64,000 nucleotides of DNA, from positions 96,001-160,000 of the forward strand of contig CBDAOC010000018.1 in NCBI GenBank assembly GCA_965197925.1, read 5' to 3'. The notes below the pieces were generated by a model. The model saw only the letters and a program-made list of their open reading frames with translations, did not search any database and had not been told where the DNA came from. The translations under genes and the position numbers were made by a program. This DNA comes from Nitrososphaerales archaeon (GTDB lineage Archaea; Thermoproteota; Nitrososphaeria; Nitrososphaerales; UBA213). Position 1 is the stretch's first letter; each line of letters opens with the position of its first letter. Of the stretch, positions 31,559-41,321 are shown piece after piece.

Positions 31559-33268
31559 TTGAGTGAAAAAATGAGTCTCCTATCTCACTTCCCGGGTAAA
31601 CCATTTGATATACAAATTCATGTTCTGAAACAGGTAGAACAAGCTATAAATTCTGGTTTTAAGTATATTGTAATACAGGCTCCAACTGGTACAGGTAAAA
31701 GCTTCATAGGTGCAACAATAGCCAGATTCAAAGGAACTTCTTCAATATTGAGTTCGACCACTGATCTCGAGGATCAATACAATCGTGATTTTCCTTGGAT
31801 GTATACCATAAGGGGTAAATCCCACTTCGATTGTAAGCAACTACAGGACCAATTCGGCCACTTAAAACAGGATGGAATAAAGATCAAGAAGAATGAACTT
31901 ACATGTGACAAGGGTGAATGTTTTGATGATCTTGCAAAAAAGTGGTGTAAGTATCATCCAGATAGAGACGGTTTTAAAATAGAGAATAAGGGTACGTTGA
32001 CGGAAAAAATAATTCATGAAGAAAGTGAGCAAAATTTTTGCAGTTACTATCTTCAGAAGTTCAAGGCATTGATGGCTAGCCATACCATCTTTAATTATTC
32101 AGTCTATCTTTCACTTATGCAATATACCCATGAACTACCGACAAAAAATGTGTTGATATGGGATGAAGCTCACGATTTAGAGAATCATATTGTAAACTTT
32201 TATGGTATAACAATATGGAAGGGATGGGCCGACTTTACCAACACTCAATTTCCAAAGTTTAGAGCCGGCGAGGGCAAGGATGTAGCAAAGTGGCTCGAGT
32301 ATCTTAAAGTTTTATCAAGACAATATAAAGAATTCATCGATACCTGTAGGGCATCAATCAGAGCAGGAAAGCAAACTAATTCATACAATCACTCTACTTT
32401 GAAAAAAGCTGAAGAAAGAGCTGAGAAGATAGAGTTTGTTCTGCAGGAGATAATGGGAGATATGAATAACTATGTTGTGACTAAGGTGAACAGAGATCTA
32501 GTGGATAATATAAAGTCTGTAAACATTGAACCAATAGATATAAGCAAACAAGGGGTAAAAATGTTTGCCAGTGCGGGGCTCAATATCTTTATGAGTGCTA
32601 CAATCAACAAACAGGTATTCTGCAGAAGTGCTGGTATACCTTCCCACGAATGCATCTTCATTGAGGTAAAACATACACCTTTCGCAGTACAAAATAGAAT
32701 GGTCAACTTTCTCAATGTTGCTAGGCTTGGAGCAAATTCAAGCACCAGCGATATGGATACGGTAGTAAGAAAAATAGATGAGCTTATGTCAAAACACAGG
32801 ACCGAGAAGGGCCTTATTCTGACCACGTCGTACAAACAAGTTTCCGAGATTGAAATTGGGTTATCAGAAGAGAATGCATCTAGGTTAATGAGTACTGGAA
32901 ATGAATACCTTACTCGCTCGGATATACTGAAAAATCACATAGAATCGAAAAAACCCGCTGTTCTCATTTCACCTTCTCTATGGCAAGGGATCGATTTGAA
33001 GGATAAACAGAGCAGGTTCCAGATAATTGTGAAGGCCCCCTTTTTGGATCTTGGTGATGGGCGTATCAACGCCAAGAGGAATCTGGATCCACACTGGTAT
33101 AATGTACAAAGTGGAATGAAACTGATACAGGGATGCGGAAGAAGCATTAGGCATCATGAAGACTACGCTGTAACATATGTATTAGATACAAACGCTACAT
33201 CATTACTAAACCGTATTTCCAATGAAGTGCCTGACTGGTTTAAGGAATCTGTAAGGGGTGTATGGTGA
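31559..33268 (+). CDS. DinG/Rad3/XPD-like ATP-dependent helicase with a putative Fe-S cluster
   Basis: Q motif, APTGTGKS, Cys residues after motif Ia, DEAH, MSAT, GIDL and QGCGRSIRHHEDYA. Confidence 0.9.
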   Translation: MSEKMSLLSHFPGKPFDIQIHVLKQVEQAINSGFKYIVIQAPTGTGKSFIGATIARFKGTSSILSSTTDLEDQYNRDFPWMYTIRGKSHFDCKQLQDQFGHLKQDGIKIKKNELTCDKGECFDDLAKKWCKYHPDRDGFKIENKGTLTEKIIHEESEQNFCSYYLQKFKALMASHTIFNYSVYLSLMQYTHELPTKNVLIWDEAHDLENHIVNFYGITIWKGWADFTNTQFPKFRAGEGKDVAKWLEYLKVLSRQYKEFIDTCRASIRAGKQTNSYNHSTLKKAEERAEKIEFVLQEIMGDMNNYVVTKVNRDLVDNIKSVNIEPIDISKQGVKMFASAGLNIFMSATINKQVFCRSAGIPSHECIFIEVKHTPFAVQNRMVNFLNVARLGANSSTSDMDTVVRKIDELMSKHRTEKGLILTTSYKQVSEIEIGLSEENASRLMSTGNEYLTRSDILKNHIESKKPAVLISPSLWQGIDLKDKQSRFQIIVKAPFLDLGDGRINAKRNLDPHWYNVQSGMKLIQGCGRSIRHHEDYAVTYVLDTNATSLLNRISNEVPDWFKESVRGVW

Positions 33269-33780
33269 TATTTCCTATGAATTTTTGATGTGTTACAATT
33301 GAAATGAAATAATCTTTGGTAATTATCTTTCATTGGACCATTACTATCCATTAAACTCATTCATCTTTGTAATCTTCCCCATGCTCATTGCTCTCCTCCA
33401 TTAGTTCTTCTACCTGACTTGAGTTAGGACTCAATTCTAGCTAAATCAGTACTGCAGGTGTGGCTTGTTTGTCAAGAATATTCCCATATAATTGGAACCG
33501 TTCTAAAATCAGCGGGTATCTAATTCTAAACTATGGGTACCGTTATGGAAGAATCTTTGATAAATCTGGATGGGCAATAACTAGATGGACCTATAAACGA
33601 TAAGATTTTATCAATAAAGAATAAATCCGTAACTGATTCCGCTAAAATATTTAACCAGTGTAAACAAATGACAAAATACTGACGGTAGTTACCCTACCGA
33701 CGTCAAATTTACCGTTATAAATACAGTTATTCACTCGTTAATTTCGTTGTCTTTAAAATAACATGGTTCTAAGATTGATT

Positions 33781-33994
33781 TTACGTTATTGGAGTAACCG
33801 TTTTACGTTATTAACGGGCGAAGTTACGTTTTTTTCAATGATACGTTAATAACAGAGATTCTTACGTTAATAATTTGGTAGTTTACGTTATTTAGGGCCA
33901 ATTTATGTTATTCTCTCCATAAAAACGGTATTTTGGGGGTTAATACACGTTATTTCTGCTAAATTACGTTATTTATGTTATTTTTCACGGTTTT
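33781..33994. repeat. Phased array of TTACGTTATT-like boxes with unique 7-12 bp spacers
   Basis: Boxes start at 33781, 33803, 33824, 33841, 33862, 33883, 33903, 33923, 33945 and 33964, with further copies at 33973 and 33985. Partial or inverted copies span 33710-34066. Confidence 0.85.
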
Positions 33995-34537
33995 ACACCC
34001 TGTATTTAGGTATGAATTTGACAAGCAAAAATTAACGGAAATAACGCAAGTCCACGTTAATAACGGTTCAAAAACAAAGGAGCGAAAGATGTAGCGGTAT
34101 CAAGTGGCAAAATTTATAATCATTTTATTCAATCTCGGAATTAGTCTTGTACAGAAAATAAGAGATACTGCGGTTGCAAAAATAGCTTCATTAACCCTAA
34201 TTTTTTACTAATCACTAGTAAAGTTGAATCTAATGTTGATAATCGAGTATACCATAAAATGGGCTTCTTGATATACACATAAAAAATTCTCAATTTCAAG
34301 CTCAATAATTTAAGGGCTAAACTGCTGTGCGGGTTAGGAATCGCCCTTTTATGAGCGCGTTCTTACTGTAAGTTTTTTTTCCAATCCACCCAATCGTCAA
34401 CAATAGCCCTTTTAGTTTAATGCTTGAATAAAGAATACAATCTTACCCTTCCTTGATCTTAATTCATGATACTTTTTGGTTCTAAATATTTATCCCTTAA
34501 TCATTAAAAGAAAGGGCTTTATCCTTCGATATATAAG

Positions 34538-35185
34538 GTGGACCTAATGAGTGTGAACAAAATACAGGAATCAGTAGATGGCATAACAAACGATCTCAAA
34601 AGTTTAGAAGAACGAAGGGAGAAGTTGATCAATGGAACTAGAGATGTTATCTTGCTCTGCTCAAAGTCAATAGTAGCATTGCACAATGGAAAGTATGAAG
34701 AAGCATTGGAGCTAGCAGACAAAGCGAAAGTCTTACTAGATGAATTGAGGCATTTTGCTAAGGTAGACCTTTACAGGTATCTCATATCCGCAGAGACAGA
34801 ATTTGTAGAAGCAAATGCTCTACAAGCAATAATTTCAGGTTCTAATATTCCTTCAATAGAAACGCTGCATGTACATGACAATTCGTACATTTTAGGTTTG
34901 CTTGACTGCGTTGGTGAACTAAAGAGGTTGATCTATGATCAGATACGTAAGGGAAAGAGTGATGATGCAAGAAATTTGTTTGATTTAATGGAACAGATCT
35001 ACATAATGCTCTCCCCGTTAGCCATTTACGACAATATAGTTCAAGGTGTAAGAAGAAAGTTAGACGTAGCAAGAAAACTAATTGAAGACACTAGAGCTGT
35101 TATTACCGAAGATTCAAGAAGGCTAACTTTGCTGGAATCTATTGACAGATTGCATAATCAACTGTCTGAAAGGAGTCTAGAGTGA
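34538..35185 (+). CDS. Translin/TRAX-family (archaeal C3PO-like) protein
   Basis: EFVEA and YILGLLDCVGELKR...RRKLDVAR motifs. Confidence 0.88.
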   Translation: MDLMSVNKIQESVDGITNDLKSLEERREKLINGTRDVILLCSKSIVALHNGKYEEALELADKAKVLLDELRHFAKVDLYRYLISAETEFVEANALQAIISGSNIPSIETLHVHDNSYILGLLDCVGELKRLIYDQIRKGKSDDARNLFDLMEQIYIMLSPLAIYDNIVQGVRRKLDVARKLIEDTRAVITEDSRRLTLLESIDRLHNQLSERSLE

Positions 35186-36117
35186 AGCTCAAGTTTGGAA
35201 TAAGAGCAATACTGTATGATAATAGCTTTGAACGAATCAAGGATTATATAATTACGGCAGAAAAATTGGGCTATAACAATATTTGGGTCAATGATCATCT
35301 ACTCCCTATTGTGGGTTCCCTACAAAAACCAATGATGGAGTCCTGGACTGTCCTTTCTGTGGTTGCGCCCATAACCAAAGAGATCAGACTGGGTACGCTA
35401 GTACTTAACAATACTTTTAGACATCCACAGGTGGTCGCCAAGATGGCATCCACACTTGATATTATTAGTAAGGGAAGGCTAGAGCTGGGTATCGGGGCCG
35501 GTTGGTTCAAGAGAGAGCATAAGATGTTCGGTTTCCCCTACAAGAAACATTCTGAACGTATAGCTATGTTGACTGAGGCGCTTGAGTTGTTGAAAAAATT
35601 ATGGATTGATAAAAGGGCTAATTTCAAGGGAAATTATTATCATGTAGATAATGCTGTATGTATGCCTAAACCCTTACAGAAGCCACATCCCCCTTTGCTA
35701 ATCGGAGGTTATTCTCGAATTATACTAGATGTTGTTGCGAAGTATGCAAATAAATCTAATTTTATACTGCTATCAAGCAGGGAATTTGCAAAGAAAGCAG
35801 AGATGTTGAATGAACGATGTAAGGCAATAGGGCGGGATTATTCCAGGCTGAAAAAAAGTTTCTTTGGGGAGGCACTGGTTGTGAAATCTGAGAAGCAGAT
35901 GCATGAGGAGATACGGAGGAGGTTAAAGGTAAGGCGAATGCCAGCAAAACAGGGAGTTCAGTATTTTCAGAAGTGTATAATAGGAACATCGGAACAGTGT
36001 ATAAGTCGGATAAAGGAGTATAGTGATGCTGGTGCACAAGAGTTTATGTTGGTCTTTCCGCGGCTTGATACGAGGCAGATAAGGTCGTTTAAAGAAAATG
36101 TAATAGAATGCCTTTAA
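35182..36117 (+). CDS. LLM-class, probably F420-dependent, oxidoreductase
   Basis: WVNDHL, FRHP, LGIGAGW and PKPLQKPHPP motifs. Overlaps the upstream stop codon (GTGA). Confidence 0.9.
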   Translation: MKLKFGIRAILYDNSFERIKDYIITAEKLGYNNIWVNDHLLPIVGSLQKPMMESWTVLSVVAPITKEIRLGTLVLNNTFRHPQVVAKMASTLDIISKGRLELGIGAGWFKREHKMFGFPYKKHSERIAMLTEALELLKKLWIDKRANFKGNYYHVDNAVCMPKPLQKPHPPLLIGGYSRIILDVVAKYANKSNFILLSSREFAKKAEMLNERCKAIGRDYSRLKKSFFGEALVVKSEKQMHEEIRRRLKVRRMPAKQGVQYFQKCIIGTSEQCISRIKEYSDAGAQEFMLVFPRLDTRQIRSFKENVIECL

Positions 36118-36731
36118 CTTTAGACAATGCTCTTCACTTGCAGCTCAAGATGGCAAAGAAAGTAATAAACCATGACATATTAGGATATAATGAGATTCGA
36201 TACATTTGTGGTGTTGATGTTTCTTACCGTAATGATAAAGCATTTGCCTGTGCTGTAGTAGTTGATAAATATGATTTTACTGTAATTAGTTCTTCACACA
36301 GTATAACAACTGTGGAGAACCCGTATTTACCAGGCTTACTTTTTTTACGTGAATCAGGACCAATATTTAGAGTTTTGAAGAAGCTTGATCAACATTATGA
36401 AGTGTTGATGGTAGATGGTCATGGCATATCGCATCCTAGAATGTTCGGGCTTGCTTCCTACGTTGGAACTAAAGTTAACAAGCCTACAATTGGTGTTGCC
36501 AAGACTCTTCTCTGTGGTAATATCTCAAAAAATGGTTCACAAGCTATATTGTCAAATGGCAAAGTCGTGGGTCAAGTAATTAATACAAGTTCAAAACCTA
36601 TCTACGTTAGCATTGGTCATATGGTTAGTTTGGCAACAGCAGTAAAGCTCGTAAAGGAGGTTTCAAAGTATAGGATTCCTGAACCTATAAGGCAGGCCGA
36701 TATAAACTCGCGTAAGATGTCTAAATATTAG
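36108..36731 (+). CDS. nfi: Endonuclease V
   Basis: GVDVSY, PYLPGLLFLRE, VDGHGISHPR, GVAK, YVSIGH and PEPIRQAD motifs. Confidence 0.94.
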   Translation: MPLTLDNALHLQLKMAKKVINHDILGYNEIRYICGVDVSYRNDKAFACAVVVDKYDFTVISSSHSITTVENPYLPGLLFLRESGPIFRVLKKLDQHYEVLMVDGHGISHPRMFGLASYVGTKVNKPTIGVAKTLLCGNISKNGSQAILSNGKVVGQVINTSSKPIYVSIGHMVSLATAVKLVKEVSKYRIPEPIRQADINSRKMSKY

Positions 36732-38233
36732 GCATATACTTCTGGTGTTATTTCGAACTTTTCAAAGGCTCCATTGAGTTCTTTAATCAACATATCATGC
36801 CACAGGGGGAACTCTTCAGGCTTCGTAGGGTAGTTGTTATAAAGGTCCACAAGAATCCTATTCTTGCAAGCTGTGTACTTCAATCCCTCTGAAGTTTTCT
36901 TATCAAGTGCTCCCCTAATCAATAAACCAACTTTATCAATGGTACCAAACTCTGGATGTTCGCCATGCGATATCTTTTCAATATCTAGTTTTGATAGAAA
37001 ATGTTTCATACCATAATTGATCTGCTCATTTTTCAATGTTTGTAGAAACCTCCTGAAAACCTCCAGTCCGGCCGTTTTGTATCCATACTCATGCACAAAA
37101 TCAATATTGTAATTCCATAAACCTTTTTCACTAGTATCGTTAGATTCTATAGCCTCTACAGCGTCCTTACCTGCAATGGTTGCTGCAATTATTGCAGGAC
37201 CTATACCACCTGCATCTAGCGGTTTAGGCATCCAAGCAGAATCGCCAACTACAATGTAGCCGTTCGCCACCATACAATCATTTTGTCTCCTTACTGACAC
37301 CTGCCAAGTTCCCCACCCATTTCCTTCATCTTCGCTACCATTTGCGATTTTTGGGTTCTTTATCACAGGGTTAACTTTCACATAATTATCAATCAGCATT
37401 TTCAAATTTTCAGTCTTGCCCATTGTTCTATTTCTCAACTCTAGGCTTTTCTGTTGAACCCCAAGACCTATATTCACCTTGCTCTCGCTTTTGGGAAACA
37501 CCCACGCATATCCCCCAGGAGCGATTAACTGGTCCAAGTGAATGAGAGCATAATCAGGGTCGAAATATGTCTTATCTTCGTCGCCATTGTCAAATTCATA
37601 AATGTACCTACCAGTTGCCTCGAGATCATCTCGATTTATCATTTTCTGTATATAGCTCTTGATCGAAAGATTTTGCCTCAGAACAGAGGTGACGCCTGCA
37701 CAATCTATAACAAGTTTAGCAGTTTTCTTAAAGGAAGATTTATCCGTTAGATCTGTACCAACGACTCCCCTCACAAAATCATTATCAGAATAAACAGTTC
37801 GTAGGGCAACATTCCATTTAAACTCGATACCGACCTTTTCAGCATCTTTTAGTTGTTTTTGTGGTAATAGCCTTCTGTTTAAAATGTAGCCATCACCATC
37901 AAAATAGATCGATGTTTCGTGATCGGGAGAGTAAGCAACAACGCCTTTAACTGGATGCTCTATCTCAGGTTTATTCCAAGTGATCCCAATATGCTGTGTC
38001 ATGTAATCTACACTGTTCTTTCCCACAGCATCACCACAAATCCAGCCGTTAATCGTTTTTTTACCCGCTACCGGTTGCGGATTCCTGTCCACAACTAAAA
38101 TGCTTAGACTCTGCCTAGAATATATGGATGCGGAGGTGGCAGCAATCATTCCAGCTAATCCAGCACCAGCAACGATTATGTCGTAATCAGTCTCCACATA
38201 TATAGAAAAAATTTCGTCTAATTTAAGTTTCAC
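36728..38233 (-). CDS. Geranylgeranyl reductase-family FAD oxidoreductase (DGGGPL reductase-like); start probably about 12 codons in
   Basis: GAGLAG, CGDAV, APGGYAWVFPK, VGDSA and GGIG motifs. Confidence 0.88.
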   Translation of the reverse strand: MKLKLDEIFSIYVETDYDIIVAGAGLAGMIAATSASIYSRQSLSILVVDRNPQPVAGKKTINGWICGDAVGKNSVDYMTQHIGITWNKPEIEHPVKGVVAYSPDHETSIYFDGDGYILNRRLLPQKQLKDAEKVGIEFKWNVALRTVYSDNDFVRGVVGTDLTDKSSFKKTAKLVIDCAGVTSVLRQNLSIKSYIQKMINRDDLEATGRYIYEFDNGDEDKTYFDPDYALIHLDQLIAPGGYAWVFPKSESKVNIGLGVQQKSLELRNRTMGKTENLKMLIDNYVKVNPVIKNPKIANGSEDEGNGWGTWQVSVRRQNDCMVANGYIVVGDSAWMPKPLDAGGIGPAIIAATIAGKDAVEAIESNDTSEKGLWNYNIDFVHEYGYKTAGLEVFRRFLQTLKNEQINYGMKHFLSKLDIEKISHGEHPEFGTIDKVGLLIRGALDKKTSEGLKYTACKNRILVDLYNNYPTKPEEFPLWHDMLIKELNGAFEKFEITPEVYA

Positions 38234-38248
38234 TTTGCCAGATTAATT

Positions 38249-38326
38249 TCTTGGGTCAGTTCGTCGCGAGGTCTTCACTGCGTTTAGCTCAGACTGGAGC
38301 GGCTCGTTATTCACTTCATCCCAAGA
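38249..38326 (-). ncRNA. Putative C/D box guide sRNA
   Basis: Minus strand: 7-bp terminal stem tcttggg/cccaaga, a C-like box (ATGAAG or GTGAATA), D' CTGA, C' GTGAAGA and D CTGA. It is a GC-rich island in an intergenic gap. Confidence 0.65.
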
Positions 38327-38333
38327 CTAAGTT

Positions 38334-38648
38334 TTACTTCACAGTATTAAAAGTTGTTTCTATGAACCGTTTTTTGGTCTCATCAAATCTTGATGCCAGA
38401 GATCTCAAGGTACCGGATGTATCTAGCGTAGTAAACGAGTCATTCATCAACAAAAGCGTTTCCATCAGGTGTGTATAACATGATAAACTACATTTAATAA
38501 TCAGGAACCCCTCTAAATAAGATATCACCTTAAGTGATGCCATTAAAAGATCGGCCTTGTCGAATTTTTCGAGATATCGCCTTTTTATCACAGCCATGGC
38601 ATTATCACCATTATAATGTAATAGCAAGTACCGACGTTTCCGCCTCAA
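38334..38648 (-). CDS. rnp2: RNase P protein component 2 (Pop5/Rpp14)
   Basis: RRKRRYL start and the TSGTLRSL motif. Confidence 0.8.
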   Translation of the reverse strand: MRRKRRYLLLHYNGDNAMAVIKRRYLEKFDKADLLMASLKVISYLEGFLIIKCSLSCYTHLMETLLLMNDSFTTLDTSGTLRSLASRFDETKKRFIETTFNTVK

Positions 38649-39115
38649 TTATCATCACTATTTATCAACATCTTTCTGTAATCTTCCATCCCATTACTAG
38701 AATGGAATTTATTTACTATCTTCAATTTTAACTTGATAGAATCTGCTTGCTCAAGTATAACCTTACCTTCGAGGATTTTCTGTTTACTGATCCTTAGAAA
38801 AAAAGAGCTCTTACCATCATTATAAAGGTCAAAATTGTTATGCAAAGCCAGACGATCTGTATCACTCATACTTGTTATTATCGTATATGCTATATTCGTA
38901 GCAAATTTAGTAGAGAGACTTGCCGTATATTGGATAATCTCGTTATTAAAATGACCTATGATTTTATGAGGAGTGAATTCTTCCGGTTCTATTTGCAACG
39001 TTTTTTTTATAGCAGATAATACTTTAACGCTATTTTCCGTGGCATGAATCATAACATCTATCCTCGCAGAAGCAAAAGTAACCAAGCGCATCTTATACAA
39101 ACACGCTATCCACAT
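38645..39115 (-). CDS. Archaeal RNA-binding protein (COG1325/DUF54-like)
   Basis: IHATE...KV, GHFNNEI and FFLRISKQ motifs. Confidence 0.75.
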   Translation of the reverse strand: MWIACLYKMRLVTFASARIDVMIHATENSVKVLSAIKKTLQIEPEEFTPHKIIGHFNNEIIQYTASLSTKFATNIAYTIITSMSDTDRLALHNNFDLYNDGKSSFFLRISKQKILEGKVILEQADSIKLKLKIVNKFHSSNGMEDYRKMLINSDDN

Positions 39116-39165
39116 TATATAATCAGTTGTAATTTAGAAAGTGGATATTGTTATTTTGAAATCAT

Positions 39166-39786
39166 CTACACTTGTACCGTTTCAACAACTTCAGTTTTTG
39201 GTGATTCTAGTAACTTTGTCTTTCTTACAGAAATATGCCTAACTCCTACTATCTTTTTAACCTTTGCATGCATACGAGCGTTAAGTTCTGGACCGACCAC
39301 TGCTTGCACAAATTGGTTGATTGCTTTCCGTGGTATTTCATTCTGCAACACCTGGTTTATAATAGCTCTTATCTCATGCTTTTTTGAGGAATTCAACCTC
39401 CTTTGTGAAAAGGTAATTGCTGATACTCTAAATTTATATCCGTCAAGGGTAGAATAATCATTAACATAACTTATCATTGAAGATCCTCTTCTTATCAGAC
39501 TCCGCAGAAATTCTTTAGCAAACTCATGTCCATCAAAACGAGTGTAAGCAGTATCATTTTCAATCTTTTCTATCTGAAAATAAAGCTTTACAGTATGTTG
39601 TTGGGGATCAGTTTTCCAAAGTTCAAACAAGGTTACCTCTATAACCCTACCAATAGCTTTGTCTTCATCTGTTATAGGTATCTGGGCTATCTGCATATTA
39701 CCAAATGAAGGGGGCGCTTGAACTATTACCCATTTCTTATCATGCCATTTGTCCCGTACCTTTCCACCTCTCTTACGCTTTACCAT
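39166..39786 (-). CDS. rps3ae: 30S ribosomal protein S3ae (eS1)
   Basis: RDKWHDKKW, APPSFG, IGRVIE and LRSLIRRGSS motifs. Confidence 0.95.
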   Translation of the reverse strand: MVKRKRGGKVRDKWHDKKWVIVQAPPSFGNMQIAQIPITDEDKAIGRVIEVTLFELWKTDPQQHTVKLYFQIEKIENDTAYTRFDGHEFAKEFLRSLIRRGSSMISYVNDYSTLDGYKFRVSAITFSQRRLNSSKKHEIRAIINQVLQNEIPRKAINQFVQAVVGPELNARMHAKVKKIVGVRHISVRKTKLLESPKTEVVETVQV

Positions 39787-40760
39787 TGAAAAGCTGGTTT
39801 TGGTTCCAGAATATAAGTGTTAGATTGCTTTGTTCGTTTCAACTTATTTTTCTAAAACTACCCCGTACGGGCAATACCACCATGAAATTCTGTTATGAAA
39901 TTAACGCATTCATTTCTATTCTTCCATACATATTTTGAGTCAAGGACTAATCGGTTACTAACGTTTAAATTCTTGAACACATAATATGGTTACACTTCAT
40001 TCTTTTTTCATTTTTACGACAATTATTCCCGCGATGAACATTTTAAGGAATAAATTAGATGAATGATAATGCCCTGCTTATATCCTCTTCCAAACTTAAC
40101 CGTGCCCTTCATCCAATTGCAACAATGGATTTTTTTCCCTCAATGAACAACTGGTTTGTTTGACTCCAGATTATCCATCGGTAGCTTGTATACTTGTGGC
40201 ATGGTAACGTTTTGTGGGAGTAAATTGTCAGCATACTTCAAGAAATCTAAATCCTGCAGACATTTTTAAGCCTTCATGATTTGCTTATGTTCATGAGATG
40301 ATTTATGGATGAGATTGGACTCCACTTGAGATTATTCATGATATGAGAATAACTATGAGACAAATGGAACATTCTCAATAATCAGTATTTATCCTCAAGC
40401 AGTCTAGATTTTTATATTGTGCTGGATTTGGATATTAAAATTACATAATTTGTTGAATTGTTGATGAACCCTTTTGTTAAGTGCATAATATATGAAAAAT
40501 ATGAGCTGGCCAAATGAACTGACCAAACTTGGAATTCATTTATCTTTAAATACATCAAATCAAAGTTTCAATTCCTCTCATTATCCTTGATGATGAGATG
40601 CAACATCATATGAGATTGGAAGAACAAAACCATCGCATCCATGCAACAAATGTTGACATGCATATTGTCCTTCGATGGTGTATAATATGACAACTCCTAG
40701 ATCAACATTATACTATCTAAGCTTAAGGATATTACATTGCATCTATGGCTATCGACAAAT

Positions 40761-41150
40761 ATGTCAAACAACAAGTACGAAATAAAGAAGGGTATTCGAA
40801 ATGGAGCGATTGCAGGACTCATTGCAGGACTGGTGTTAGCGGTTACTATGTTTGGTACAAACACTCTGGACCTTCAAGTGCTATTGCCTACCACTCTAAT
40901 CGTAGGTGCAATATATGGTGTGTTGACATCCAACGATAGTGTTAAACCAGTAAGAACCAAAGATGCAGTATCATTGGGTGTAATTACTGGATTGGTATCT
41001 TTCGCTGTAATAGCAAAGCCAGAATCAATGCCGTACACAGAATTACTTGTGCCATTACTACAGTATGCTCTCTTTGGTGCCATCTTAGGTTGGATGACCT
41101 CATTCCTGGCTAACAGGGAAGAGAAGCAGAAGATAGGCATCCACGCATAA
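40761..41150 (+). CDS. Small multi-pass membrane protein
   Basis: About four hydrophobic Gly-rich helices. Confidence 0.7.
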   Translation: MSNNKYEIKKGIRNGAIAGLIAGLVLAVTMFGTNTLDLQVLLPTTLIVGAIYGVLTSNDSVKPVRTKDAVSLGVITGLVSFAVIAKPESMPYTELLVPLLQYALFGAILGWMTSFLANREEKQKIGIHA

Positions 41151-41321
41151 AGAAAGAATCCCGACTCGACTCCATAACTTTTCCTCTTTTTCTTTTTACT
41201 AATTCTTTGTAATTTGAAATTAACTTATATCATGCTAAATTAGCATAATTATTCCAAATAATAGTAAACAGACGACATTCTTCTAGAAAGGTTAAATATT
41301 CTTAGTTCTCATTTCCACGCA

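Noticed and set aside
33781..33994. CRISPR array
   Set aside because: The 10-bp repeats and 7-12 bp spacers are far too short and no cas genes are visible. Kept as a non-CRISPR array.
34325..34350. gcgggttaggaatcgccc as a degenerate tRNA T-arm att site for the DinG patch
   Set aside because: The stem does not pair and the match to tRNA-Gly is too short.
38280..38310. tRNA-like tagctcagactggagcg on the plus strand
   Set aside because: There is no T arm or acceptor stem. It is better explained as the antisense of the C/D box sRNA.
40050..40420. Possible IS6-like transposase relic (ATDG motif, minus strand)
   Set aside because: Too degenerate to support by eye.
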